64,000 nt of DNA from assembly GCA_041662665.1 (NCBI GenBank), contig JBAZSC010000001.1, positions 385,511-449,510 of the forward strand. Direction: 5' to 3'. Of this stretch, positions 26,548-35,321 are shown in pieces (within the stretch, counting starts at the first letter, position 1; each line of letters starts with the position of its first letter). The position numbers and the translations under genes were made by a program. The notes under the pieces are model-generated. The model did not search any database. It saw nothing but the letters and a program-made list of their open reading frames with translations, and was not told the DNA's origin. Origin of the DNA: Patescibacteria group bacterium. GTDB taxonomy: Bacteria; Patescibacteriota; JABMPQ01; JAQVVF01.

Positions 26548-26666
26548 AATTTTGAATCTAGAATCTGGAATTGAATTTAGAATATTGAATAAAAAATTCT
26601 GCATTCTAAATTCTGTATTCATTCAAGATTCTAGATTCCAGATTCAAGATTCATAATTTAAAAACT

Positions 26667-27143
26667 ATGTTTAAAAAGAAAAACGAGAATAAAGAAATCG
26701 AAGAATTAAAAAAGAAGAGTGACGAGTATCTCAACGGCTGGAAGCGCGCTCAAGCCGATTATCAAAACTTAAGAAAGCAAACAGCCAAAGATCAAGTTGA
26801 TTTTGTAAAGTTCGCAAATGAAAATGTTATCTTAGAAATTATTCCAGTCTTAGATAATTTTCAGTCAGCCTATAATGCAGTACCAAAAGATTTAGAAAAT
26901 AACCCATGGGTACAAGGTATCAAATTCATTAAGAAACAATTAGAAGATGTTCTGGCAAAAAATGGCGTTAAGCAAATTGAATGTCTTAATAAAGAATTTG
27001 ATCCAAAATGTCATGAAGCAGTGAATTACAAAGAAGAAAAAGATAAAGAAAAGAAAGAAAAATTAGTCGTTTGCAAAGAAATATTTAAAGGCTACGAGCT
27101 TAACGGCAAAATAATTAGACCAGCAAAAGTAGAAGTAAAATAA
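26667..27143 (+). CDS. grpE: Nucleotide exchange factor GrpE
   Basis: GWKRAQADYQNLRKQ motif; in operon position between hrcA and dnaK. Confidence 0.85.
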   Translation: MFKKKNENKEIEELKKKSDEYLNGWKRAQADYQNLRKQTAKDQVDFVKFANENVILEIIPVLDNFQSAYNAVPKDLENNPWVQGIKFIKKQLEDVLAKNGVKQIECLNKEFDPKCHEAVNYKEEKDKEKKEKLVVCKEIFKGYELNGKIIRPAKVEVK

Positions 27144-27284
27144 ATTAACTAGAATCAAGAATCAAGAATTATGAATTAAGAAAAAAGATCTTTATTCATA
27201 ATTCATTATTCATAATTCATCTATCTCAATTCTTTTCAAGTTTTATTCAAGCAATAAACCTGAAAAGAAAAAGAGAACAAATCT

Positions 27285-29213
27285 ATGTCTAAGATATTAG
27301 GTATTGATCTAGGAACAACAAATTCCTGCATGGCCATCATCGAAGGTGGCGAGCCAAAAGTTTTAGAAAACAAAGATGGAAATCGAACAACTCCATCAGT
27401 TGTTGCAATAAAACAAGATGGTGAAAGAATCGTCGGACAGCTAGCAAAAAGACAAGCTGTTACAAATTCTGAAAATACAGTTTATTCAGTTAAGCGTCTT
27501 ATTGGTCGTAAATATGATTCTGAAGAAGTTCAAAAAGATGTTAGAGTTTTGCCTTACAAAGTTACTCAATCAGGTTTAGGTGTTAAAGTTACAATGCATG
27601 GCAAAGAATATACTCCTCAAGAAATTTCAGCAATGGTTTTGCAAAAATTAAAAAAAGACGCTGAAGAAAAATTAGGCGAAGAAATCAAAGAAGCAATTAT
27701 TACAGTTCCTGCATATTTTGATGATGCTCAAAGACAAGCAACAAAAGATGCTGGAAAAATTGCTGGTCTTGAAGTCAAAAGAATTATCAATGAACCAACA
27801 GCTGCTGCATTAGCTTATGGTTTCAACAAGAAAAAAAATGAAAAAATTGCAGTTTACGATTTAGGCGGTGGTACATTTGATATTTCAATTCTTGAAGTAG
27901 GCAATGACACAGTTGAAGTAAAATCAACAAATGGTGATACTCATTTAGGTGGTGATGATTTTGATCAAAAAATTATTGACTTCTTAGTTAGCGAATTCAA
28001 AAAAGAACAAGGTATTGATTTATCAACTGATAAGATGGCAATCCAGAGATTAAAAGAATCAGCTGAAAAAGCAAAGCACGAATTATCAAGCGCTTTAGAA
28101 ACTGAAGTTAATCAGCCATTTATTACTACTGATAGCACTGGTCCAAAACACTTAAATATTAAAATAACTCGTGCTAAACTAGAAGAGTTAGTTGGCGATT
28201 TGGTAGAAAAAACAATTGAGCCATGTAAAAAAGCTTTGGCAGATGCAAAGTTAAGCATCTCAGATATCAATGAAGTTGTCATGGTTGGTGGACAAACAAG
28301 AATGCCAATGGTACAGAAAAAAGTTGAAGAATTTTTCGGCAAGAAACCGCACATGGGTGTAAATCCAGATGAAGTTGTTGCAGTTGGTGCAGCTGTAGAA
28401 GCAGGTGTTTTGCAAGGTGATGTTAAAGACATTTTGTTATTAGATGTTACTCCATTAACATTAGGTCTAGAAACATTAGGTGGAATTAGAACTGCTTTGA
28501 TCAATCGAAATACAACAGTTCCAACATCAAAAGCTCAAGTTTTCTCAACTGCAGCTGACAATCAGCCACAAGTTGAAATCAATGTTTTGCAAGGTGAAAG
28601 AGAAATGGCAAATGATAACAAATCTTTAGGCAGATTTATCTTAGACGGCATTCCACCAGCACCAAGAGGAATTCCTCAAATTGAAGTTACTTTTGATATT
28701 GATGCTAATGGCATTTTGAATGTCAAAGCAAAAGACAAAGCAACTGGCAAAGAACAAAAGATTACAATCACTGCTTCTTCAGGTTTGTCAGATGAAGAAG
28801 TTGAGAGAATGAAAAAAGATGCTGAATCTCATGCTGAAGAAGACAAAAAGATTAAAGAAAAAATTGAAATCAAGAATAATGCAGAAACTTTAATTTATAC
28901 TGCTGAAAAAACTTTAAGAGACGCAAAAGGCAAAGTTGATGAAAAAACTACAAAGTTAATTACAGAAAAAGTTGAAGCTTTGAAAAAAGTCAAAGATACA
29001 GCAGAGGCTACAGTTGTTAAAAAAGCAACAGAAGAATTATCAGCTGAACTACAAAAGGTTGGTCAGAAAATGTACCAAGACGCTCAAGCAGCACAAGCTA
29101 AAGCACAACAAGCTTCTCAAGCTCAAGGACAACAAGCTCAAAGTGCACCACATGCTGATCCAAAAGGACCAAATACAGTAAAAGGTGAATACAAAGAAGT
29201 ACCTAAAAAATAA
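27285..29213 (+). CDS. dnaK: Chaperone DnaK (Hsp70)
   Basis: [18 protein letters not shown] and [11 protein letters not shown]-like motifs; 642 aa. Confidence 0.97.
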   Translation: MSKILGIDLGTTNSCMAIIEGGEPKVLENKDGNRTTPSVVAIKQDGERIVGQLAKRQAVTNSENTVYSVKRLIGRKYDSEEVQKDVRVLPYKVTQSGLGVKVTMHGKEYTPQEISAMVLQKLKKDAEEKLGEEIKEAIITVPAYFDDAQRQATKDAGKIAGLEVKRIINEPTAAALAYGFNKKKNEKIAVYDLGGGTFDISILEVGNDTVEVKSTNGDTHLGGDDFDQKIIDFLVSEFKKEQGIDLSTDKMAIQRLKESAEKAKHELSSALETEVNQPFITTDSTGPKHLNIKITRAKLEELVGDLVEKTIEPCKKALADAKLSISDINEVVMVGGQTRMPMVQKKVEEFFGKKPHMGVNPDEVVAVGAAVEAGVLQGDVKDILLLDVTPLTLGLETLGGIRTALINRNTTVPTSKAQVFSTAADNQPQVEINVLQGEREMANDNKSLGRFILDGIPPAPRGIPQIEVTFDIDANGILNVKAKDKATGKEQKITITASSGLSDEEVERMKKDAESHAEEDKKIKEKIEIKNNAETLIYTAEKTLRDAKGKVDEKTTKLITEKVEALKKVKDTAEATVVKKATEELSAELQKVGQKMYQDAQAAQAKAQQASQAQGQQAQSAPHADPKGPNTVKGEYKEVPKK

Positions 29214-29233
29214 TTAAGATTTTGTCGTGGTTC

Positions 29234-29262
29234 GTAGCGACAGGGCACTGCCCTGTCGCTAC
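29234..29262 (+). promoter_or_regulatory. GC-rich perfect palindrome/hairpin in the dnaK-dnaJ intergenic spacer
   Basis: GTAGCGACAGGGCA-c-TGCCCTGTCGCTAC (14-nt arms) followed by a weakly T-rich tail; likely a partial terminator or mRNA processing/stability element. Confidence 0.45.
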
Positions 29263-29286
29263 GTGTTAAATTTGTTTACAAAAAAA

Positions 29287-30426
29287 ATGCCCAAAGATTA
29301 TTACGACATTCTAGGCGTTACTAAAGAATCTTCAGGAGATGAAATTAAAAAAGCTTTTTATAAAAAAGCTCATCAATATCATCCTGACAAAAAAGGCGGA
29401 GACGCTGAAAAATTTAAGGAAGCCAACGAAGCTTACCAAGTTTTGTCTGACCAAGAAAAAAAATCTCAATATGATCAATATGGACAAACCTTTGAACAAG
29501 CTCAAAGCCAAGGCGGATCTTATGGCGGTAATCCTTTTGGCGGATTTAATTCTCAAGGCTTTAATGTGAATTTTGAAGACATTGATCTTGGTGATATTTT
29601 TTCATCATTTTTTGGCGGTAAAAGAAAATCAAAAGGCAATAGAAATGCTGTTGCTGGCAATGATATTAATATTGATTTAAATATTAATTTTGAAGATCCA
29701 GCAAATAATATTGAAAAAGAAATTGAATTATATAAAAAGATACAATGTGATAAATGCCATGGACAAGGGAATGAGCCAGGTACAAAAATTAATACTTGCC
29801 AAACATGCCATGGCAGCGGTCAAGTTACGCAAGCTCGCCAAACAATGTTTGGTATGTTTCAACAAGCAACAGTATGTCCAGCATGTAATGGCCAAGGGCA
29901 AACATTTGAACAAAATTGTTCAAAATGCAAAGGCAAAGGACAAGTTCAAGGTTATGAAAAAATATCCATCAACATTCCAGCTGGCATCAAAGATGGACAG
30001 ACAATGGAATTAGGCGGAAAAGGTGAAGAAGGTCAAAAAAATGGTCCTGCTGGAAATCTTTATGTTACAATTCATGTTGCAAAACATAAATATTTCAAAA
30101 GAAAAGATGATAATTTAATTTATGCATTGCCTTTGAGTTTTACGCAAGCAGCTCTCGGTTCCGAAATAGAAATCCCAACTCTTGATGGCAAAATAGCATT
30201 AAAAATTCCAGCTGGTGTTCAAACTGGAAAAATATTTGTCATTGATGGCAAAGGCTTTCCGAATTTAAACGGACAAGGTGCAGGTGATTTGTTAATTCCA
30301 GTTAAAGTTATTACTCCAACAAAGCTTAACAAAAAAGAAAGAGAATTATTATTAGAATTAGCAAATACAAATGGACAAACAGTAAAAATCAAAAAGCATA
30401 ATTTTCTTCACGATCTATTCGAATAA
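29287..30426 (+). CDS. dnaJ: Chaperone DnaJ
   Basis: J-domain HPD (YHPDKK), a G/F region, four CxxCxGxG zinc-finger repeats, and a C-terminal domain. Start at MPKDYYDILGV. Confidence 0.9.
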   Translation: MPKDYYDILGVTKESSGDEIKKAFYKKAHQYHPDKKGGDAEKFKEANEAYQVLSDQEKKSQYDQYGQTFEQAQSQGGSYGGNPFGGFNSQGFNVNFEDIDLGDIFSSFFGGKRKSKGNRNAVAGNDINIDLNINFEDPANNIEKEIELYKKIQCDKCHGQGNEPGTKINTCQTCHGSGQVTQARQTMFGMFQQATVCPACNGQGQTFEQNCSKCKGKGQVQGYEKISINIPAGIKDGQTMELGGKGEEGQKNGPAGNLYVTIHVAKHKYFKRKDDNLIYALPLSFTQAALGSEIEIPTLDGKIALKIPAGVQTGKIFVIDGKGFPNLNGQGAGDLLIPVKVITPTKLNKKERELLLELANTNGQTVKIKKHNFLHDLFE

Positions 30427-30431
30427 CTTGT

Positions 30432-30498
30432 AGTAAGTAGAAAGTAGAATGTAGCAAGACGATCTTTCTACTTTCTACATACTACTTGCTACTTCGTG
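30432..30498. repeat. Long imperfect inverted repeat after dnaJ (probable bidirectional terminator / family palindromic element)
   Basis: gtagtaagtagaaagtagaatgtagcaag / cttgctacttc...ctactttctacatactac. Confidence 0.45.
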
Positions 30499-30515
30499 AT
30501 TTATCCACTTCCCAT

Positions 30516-30544
30516 TTTACATAATTTGATATTACTGTTATACT
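30516..30544 (+). promoter_or_regulatory. Sigma-70 promoter TTTACA-17-TATACT
   Basis: -35 at 30516-30521 and -10 at 30539-30544, 37 nt upstream of 30581. Confidence 0.5.
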
Positions 30545-30580
30545 AAAACTAATCAAAAAAAATAATTAAAACAAAAACAT

Positions 30581-31120
30581 ATGCCTACTGGATTAACTTC
30601 TGCGGTAAACTGGAGTTTGCCGTCTTGGGATTTATTTATAATAATCTTTTTTGTCCTTGCCATTCTTGTTTATGGAATGTCTTTAGGACGAGAAAGAGTT
30701 TTAGCTGTTTTAGTCAGCGTCTATATTTCTCTGGCCATCACAACTAATCTGCCATTTATCAATGAAAAAATGTCGCAGAAATTTGGCTTAGGTCCAGTTT
30801 TCGTCTTACAAATTTTATCATTCTTTGGTTGTATAGCTGGCATATTCTTTTTGCTATCAAGAGTTGGCGCACTTTCTGGTTTTGTCGGTAAGCCAAGTAT
30901 TCCAGTCATTGCTTTATTTAGCGTCTTGCAAGTTGGTTTGATAATTAGTTGTGTCTTGTCATTCTTGCCACCAACAGCATTGGCATATTTATCTTCAATG
31001 GTTAGGTTTGCTTTTGCTTCAGACATCGGACGTTTCTTGTGGATTTTAGCTCCAATGGGTGCACTATATTTGATCCGTCAGAAAGAACCAACCACTCCAG
31101 AAGCAGAACAGAAAAAATAG
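30581..31120 (+). CDS. Polytopic membrane protein (5-6 TM), hypothetical (possibly CvpA-like)
   Basis: Hydrophobic helices throughout its 179 aa. Confidence 0.45.
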   Translation: MPTGLTSAVNWSLPSWDLFIIIFFVLAILVYGMSLGRERVLAVLVSVYISLAITTNLPFINEKMSQKFGLGPVFVLQILSFFGCIAGIFFLLSRVGALSGFVGKPSIPVIALFSVLQVGLIISCVLSFLPPTALAYLSSMVRFAFASDIGRFLWILAPMGALYLIRQKEPTTPEAEQKK

Positions 31121-31159
31121 TCTTGCAGTTTGTTTATTTTTATGTTAATTTTCCATAAA

Positions 31160-31185
31160 GCAAACCTTGCTTTTTTGTTTCGTTA
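31160..31185 (+). terminator. Intrinsic terminator
   Basis: AAGCAA-acc-TTGCTT followed by TTTTTGTTT. Confidence 0.55.
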
Positions 31186-31241
31186 AATTTTATTTAAAAT
31201 AATACTTTTAACTTTAGACTTTTTAACTTTTAACTTCGCGT

Positions 31242-31312
31242 GGGTCCGTAGCTCAATGGTAGAGCTGTAGCCTTTTAAGCTATAGATAAGAGTTCGATTC
31301 TCTTCGGACCCA
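31242..31312 (+). tRNA. tRNA-Lys (anticodon UUU)
   Basis: Acceptor GGGTCCG/CGGACCC, D-arm GCTC-AATGGTA-GAGC, anticodon arm GTAGC-CTTTTAA-GCTAT, T-arm AAGAG-TTCGATT-CTCTT, discriminator A. Confidence 0.85.
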
Positions 31313-31318
31313 AAATTT

Positions 31319-31354
31319 GGAGCTTCAGAACGTGGGAGCGTTAGAGCGTCAGAA
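31319..31354. repeat. Inverted copy (arm A) of the GC-rich CGCTCCCA repeat unit, immediately 3' of tRNA-Lys
   Basis: ggagcttcagaacgtgggagcgttagagcgtcagaa is the reverse complement of part of 31416-31490. Confidence 0.55.
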
Positions 31355-31386
31355 AGTTCTGCGGAAAAATATAATTTATATCAATA

Positions 31387-31416
31387 AACTGCATTCATAG
31401 CAGTTTTTTATTTTTA
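31387..31416 (+). terminator. Intrinsic terminator enclosed by the inverted repeat (terminates the tRNA-Lys transcript)
   Basis: AACTGC-attcata-GCAGTT followed by TTTTTTATTTTT. Confidence 0.65.
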
Positions 31417-31432
31417 GAAAGTCCGACGTTCT

Positions 31433-31488
31433 GACGCTCCCACGCTCCCACGCTCCCACGCTCCCACGCTCCCACGCTCCGAAGCTCC
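31433..31488 (+). repeat. Tandem 8-bp GC-rich repeat (CACGCTCC) x5 flanked by two degenerate units
   Basis: gacgctcc, then cacgctcc x5 (31441-31480), then gaagctcc. A related direct copy lies at 32268-32344. Confidence 0.85.
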
Positions 31489-31495
31489 AATCCCG

Positions 31496-31524
31496 TTGAC
31501 ATTAAAAATCATTCATTATATATT
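31496..31524 (+). promoter_or_regulatory. Promoter TTGACA-17-TATATT for 31564..32223
   Basis: -35 at 31496-31501 and -10 at 31519-31524. Confidence 0.5.
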
Positions 31525-31563
31525 ATCTAGTAAATTCGCACTCTAAAAAAGGAGAAGAGGGAA

Positions 31564-32223
31564 ATGCCAAATCAGCAAGATCGAGTTGAAGCCTTGCAAA
31601 GATTGATTCAGCAAAATCAAGTTAATTTTTTTGATGCATTAGCAAATCATCCAGAAAGGCAACAAGCAGCTGTCCAACATCTTTTGCAAGCGCATCGAGA
31701 ATCACTTGAAGAAACAGCAACAGAACAATTTTCGGATGTTCCAGAACAAGCCAGAAGACAAGCTCTTGATCAACACATGCAAAATCTGCAAAGACAAATG
31801 ACATCTTGTTTGGTTGGATTTGCTGGAAATCAATTAGCCTTGTCGCCATTAGTCCATATTGATGATTATCGTCAAACATTATGCTACAAGGTTTGTAAAT
31901 ATTTAGAATCATTGGGTTATAAACTTAGGATTGAAAATTCAAGCAATTTCAGGCATGCTTGCATTTGTTCAACAAACAGAGATACCTTAATCGATATATA
32001 CAAACCGTTGAATGTCAAGGAAATGTCGTGGCTAGGAAAATTATTTTTCTTTTTTACTCCAGATGTAGACGAGGAAGACCTAAATGAAAAGTTGTGTAGT
32101 TTAATGATTACTCATGGAACTATGGAATTTGAAGTTAATGATGGAAATTCTTATAATGAAGTTTTACAACTCGCCAACAACATTGCCCATCTTTTCCAAG
32201 TCGAAATCACTGTACAATTGTAA
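31564..32223 (+). CDS. Hypothetical Gln-rich protein (219 aa), SD-bearing orphan gene
   Basis: Strong SD AAGGAGAAGAGGG 3 nt upstream of the ATG. Modestly GC-richer than its neighbours. Flanked by the CGCTCCCA repeat blocks. No family recognised. Confidence 0.5.
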   Translation: MPNQQDRVEALQRLIQQNQVNFFDALANHPERQQAAVQHLLQAHRESLEETATEQFSDVPEQARRQALDQHMQNLQRQMTSCLVGFAGNQLALSPLVHIDDYRQTLCYKVCKYLESLGYKLRIENSSNFRHACICSTNRDTLIDIYKPLNVKEMSWLGKLFFFFTPDVDEEDLNEKLCSLMITHGTMEFEVNDGNSYNEVLQLANNIAHLFQVEITVQL

Positions 32224-32248
32224 TCTCCATTTTCGGAGATTTTTTTTA
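32223..32248 (+). terminator. Intrinsic terminator
   Basis: ATCTCC-attttc-GGAGAT followed by TTTTTTTT. Confidence 0.7.
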
Positions 32249-32267
32249 TTTCAGAAAATTAGAATAT

Positions 32268-32344
32268 CAGAAAGTCCGACCGTTCCGACGTTCTGACGCT
32301 CCCACGCTCCGACGCTCTCAAGCTCCCACGTTCCCACGTTCCCA
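32268..32344 (+). repeat. Direct-repeat copy of the GC-rich block (gaaagtccgac...gttctgacgctcccacgctcc...cccacgttcccacgttccca)
   Basis: Shares gaaagtccgacgttctgacgctcccacgctcc with 31416-31447. Confidence 0.7.
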
Positions 32345-32373
32345 AATAAAAAATCCTGTCAAGATAACAGGAT
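32345..32373 (-). terminator. Intrinsic terminator for the minus-strand gene 32387..32899
   Basis: ATCCTGT-caagata-ACAGGAT with an A-run on the plus strand (a U-run on the minus transcript). Confidence 0.6.
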
Positions 32374-32386
32374 CAAAAAAGTGCGA

Positions 32387-32899
32387 CTAAAAGAGCTGGA
32401 TAGATTCTCCATGTAGAATGGCATCCAAGACATTAATCTGATGCGGTTCCAGCCAAAAACACGTAATAATATTTTGCTCGCGAACAACAAAAATCAAATC
32501 ATCAAATCTATAATATCTAACATCATTCTCTAGCCTTGGGTTGCCTGAAGTTTCTTGCTTCAGATACAATTCCGCCATGCCAGAAATTTCAACGGTTTCA
32601 TCAGAATAAAATAGTCCGATAACCATGAGCGCAACAGTAGAAAGACATAGAATTCCATTCTCTGCATAAAAGCGATCAAAAGCTTTCAAAGCTTCATGGT
32701 ATTTCTTATCAGCAAACATTCTTGAAAAATAATTCTCTTGAGCCGATATTTTGATCTTCAAGGAAGCTGAAACAATATGATCAGGAGACTTAAAAAAATC
32801 GTAGTAACTAAGATCAGGAATTTTTAGTCTTCTTTCAACAAAGCGCTCAATACAATGAACGCTTACTGTTAGGGTATTCACTTTGCTTGGGGAGCACAT
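32387..32899 (-). CDS. Hypothetical protein (170 aa), SD-bearing orphan gene
   Basis: Start revised to MCSPSKVN..., preceded by GAGGAGGG-N7-ATG. The ORF-track N-terminal extension overlaps the conserved promoter-like motif and lacks an RBS. Confidence 0.45.
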   Translation of the reverse strand: MCSPSKVNTLTVSVHCIERFVERRLKIPDLSYYDFFKSPDHIVSASLKIKISAQENYFSRMFADKKYHEALKAFDRFYAENGILCLSTVALMVIGLFYSDETVEISGMAELYLKQETSGNPRLENDVRYYRFDDLIFVVREQNIITCFWLEPHQINVLDAILHGESIQLF

Positions 32900-33046
32900 T
32901 TTCTTGCCCTCCTCTGCTGTTTCTTGTCTAGGGAACAATAAAATATAATATAACTTTTTAATTAAAAAGTCAAGCTGTTTACTAAAAAAATATTTTATGA
33001 TATTATCAAATAAAGAAGAGTATTCGCATAATTCGCATATTTGCAA

Positions 33047-33079
33047 CATTTGCATTATTCGTATATTCGTATTATATTT
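33047..33079 (+). promoter_or_regulatory. Conserved about 33-bp promoter-like motif CATTTGCATTATTCGTATATTCGTATTATATT (copy B)
   Basis: Nearly identical to 5988-6020, with a weaker copy at 45030-45059. Contains the tandem ATTCGTAT and reads TTTGCA-N17-TTATAT. Confidence 0.45.
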
Positions 33080-33100
33080 TTAAAATAAAACAAAAAAAAT

Positions 33101-33535
33101 ATGAAAGATTTCTTTCCAAAAGCGTTCCGTATTTTCATGGTAGCCGTCATTTTAGTTGGTGGTGCATTATGGTTAGATTATGAAGCAAAAAAAGACACCA
33201 AGGAGCAATCAGCTCTGGGCAGTATCATTAAAGCTTATAAAAATTTTACGCAAGCTGATAAAAAAGTTGCAAAGAAAAAAAAGAAGAAAAAGAGCACTAA
33301 GACAAATACTGAAAAAACTTCAACAAATACAGCAAATCCTGAGCCTGAAAAAACAACAACCAAGAAAAAGACTGAAAAAACAACGCAAACTACAGAGAAT
33401 GCCACAACGCAAGATACTGTAACAGCCCCAAAAGATACAGGAGGCTATATCGATGATTCAATCAAAGAAAAAGCTAGACAAGAAGCTTTGAATGCAGCTA
33501 AAGAAATTTATAATCAAACTTCCACTCAACAATAA
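33101..33535 (+). CDS. Membrane-anchored low-complexity (Lys/Thr-rich) protein, hypothetical
   Basis: N-terminal TM FRIFMVAVILVGGALWL followed by a K/T-rich disordered region. Confidence 0.4.
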   Translation: MKDFFPKAFRIFMVAVILVGGALWLDYEAKKDTKEQSALGSIIKAYKNFTQADKKVAKKKKKKKSTKTNTEKTSTNTANPEPEKTTTKKKTEKTTQTTENATTQDTVTAPKDTGGYIDDSIKEKARQEALNAAKEIYNQTSTQQ

Positions 33536-33623
33536 AATGTGAATTAAGAATAACGAATTATGAATTATGATAATTTATTATATTTCTCATTTTTTGTTCT
33601 TAATTCTTAATTCTTAATTCTCT

Positions 33624-33929
33624 ATGTTGATAAAATTTAATAAGCAATTTTCGCAAAACGCATTAACATTAATGCGCAAAATTGGATACCAACCTTGGCG
33701 CGATCCAAGATCAAAAACCAGTAGTTTTATCAGACATCCTGGAGCTTCATATTATCCTCGTTTTCATGCATATCCAAAATACGATCAAGATAATAATTTT
33801 ATGATTGACCTCCATTTTGATTGGCGCAGACCAATGCACAAAATTGGCATCAAATCTACAGAAGGCGAAGAAAGCGAAGTTGTCCAGCAAGAAGTTGACA
33901 GAATCAAAAGCATATTAGACAAAATATAA
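33624..33929 (+). CDS. Hypothetical protein (101 aa)
   Basis: ORF flanked by palindromic elements; no family recognised. Confidence 0.35.
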   Translation: MLIKFNKQFSQNALTLMRKIGYQPWRDPRSKTSSFIRHPGASYYPRFHAYPKYDQDNNFMIDLHFDWRRPMHKIGIKSTEGEESEVVQQEVDRIKSILDKI

Positions 33930-34107
33930 ATTAATTAGATTTTTAAACAGCAATAACGCTGTTTTTTTATGCTTAATTGTTCAATTGTTCCATTGCTAAA
34001 TTGTTAACGTCAAAAGACACTTAACAATAGAGCAATTTAACAATTTAGCTTGAAACACTTGACACCACCAAATATAAGTGCTAAATTAATATGAATAGCA
34101 AAACTTA

Positions 34108-34136
34108 TTGACAATTCTGTAAATTTATGCTATACT
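34108..34136 (+). promoter_or_regulatory. Strong sigma-70 promoter TTGACA-17-TATACT
   Basis: -35 at 34108-34113 and -10 at 34131-34136, upstream of 34196. A second TTGACA-17-TAAATT lies at 34059-34087. Confidence 0.55.
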
Positions 34137-34195
34137 TAAATAACAATTAATTAACTTCATTAATATAGTTGATTTGACTATATTAAGCCAAAATT

Positions 34196-35233
34196 ATGAC
34201 TAAGATTAACGAATTTAACCCAACTAAAGACATTCTAGAAATGCTTGATGGTTTGAAAAAAAGAACCAAAAGTATTTTAATCAAAAGATTTGGTTTGGGA
34301 GAAGATTATAAAATGACATTGGAAAGCATTGGTTCTACTTACAAAATCACTCGTGAAAGAGTCAGACAAATTGAATCAGTAGCTTTAGCAGAATTGAAAA
34401 AATCTCCTAAAATTGCCGGATTAAACAAATATGAAGCAATGTTAGAAGATTTACTCAATGAACATGGCAAAATCATGGAGCATAATTTTTTGATGTCAGA
34501 ATTCAGAAAAAAATACAATTTAGATCCAATTCATAATAATGCTATTGAATTTGTTTTAAAGGTTTCTTCAAAATTTAATTCAATCAAAGAAAACGAAGAA
34601 ATCAAAAAAACATGGTCACTAGTTGATGCTAATTTAGATTATTCTAAAAAAGTTATTAATTCATTTGTCTTAAATCTAGAAGGCAAAGGCAAACCAGTTT
34701 TGGAAAATAATTTATCAAATGGTTTTGAATTAGAAATCAAAGATAGCAAAACATTAGTTTCATATTTATCATTAAGCAAGAAAATCTTAAAAAATCCATT
34801 CAATGAATGGGGTTTGTCAAAATGGAGAGAAATTGTTCCAAAAGGCGTCAAAGACAAAGCTTATATTGTATTAGAAAAATTCAATAAACCAGCTCACTTT
34901 ACAAAAATTACTGAGCTTATTAATTCTGCAAAATTTGATACAAAAACAGCTATTCCTCAAACAGTTCATAATGAATTAATTAAAGATCAAAGATTCGTTT
35001 TAGTCGGCAGAGGTATGTATGCTTTGAAAAAATGGGGTTTTCAACAAGGAACAGTTGCTGAAATTATTGAAAAAGTAATTATTGAATCTGGTAAAACTTT
35101 ATCTAAAGAAAATATTATCAATAAAGTGCTAGAACAAAGATTTGTAAAAAAGAACACAATCGTTTTAGCTTTACAAAACAAACAAAGATTCCAAAGAGTT
35201 AACGGTTTATACTGCTTGGCAGGAAATAAATAA
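34196..35233 (+). CDS. Sigma-70 region-4 (HTH) domain protein with a long C-terminal domain of unknown function
   Basis: LTLESIGSTYKITRERVRQIESVALAELKK matches the sigma-70 region 4.2 HTH (TLEEVG...TRERIRQIEAKAL). No region 2 or 3 is present. Confidence 0.55.
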   Translation: MTKINEFNPTKDILEMLDGLKKRTKSILIKRFGLGEDYKMTLESIGSTYKITRERVRQIESVALAELKKSPKIAGLNKYEAMLEDLLNEHGKIMEHNFLMSEFRKKYNLDPIHNNAIEFVLKVSSKFNSIKENEEIKKTWSLVDANLDYSKKVINSFVLNLEGKGKPVLENNLSNGFELEIKDSKTLVSYLSLSKKILKNPFNEWGLSKWREIVPKGVKDKAYIVLEKFNKPAHFTKITELINSAKFDTKTAIPQTVHNELIKDQRFVLVGRGMYALKKWGFQQGTVAEIIEKVIIESGKTLSKENIINKVLEQRFVKKNTIVLALQNKQRFQRVNGLYCLAGNK

Positions 35234-35321
35234 TAGTATAAAATATAATTATTAAGTTGTTTATTGTTTATAGCTAAACAATATAAATTTAGTTAATCAA
35301 TTTTTAAAATAAAAAAATAAA

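Noticed and set aside
29227-29286. Upstream extension of dnaJ
   Set aside because: It overlaps the GC-rich palindrome. The J-domain begins at MPKDYYDILGV.
31433-31488. Possible CRISPR array (tandem GC-rich repeats)
   Set aside because: The unit is only 8 bp with no spacers. It is a microsatellite-like array, and no cas genes are present.
32900-33055. N-terminal extension of the minus-strand gene 32387..33055
   Set aside because: The extension runs through the conserved promoter-like motif and has no RBS. The internal Met at 32899 has GAGGAGGG upstream.
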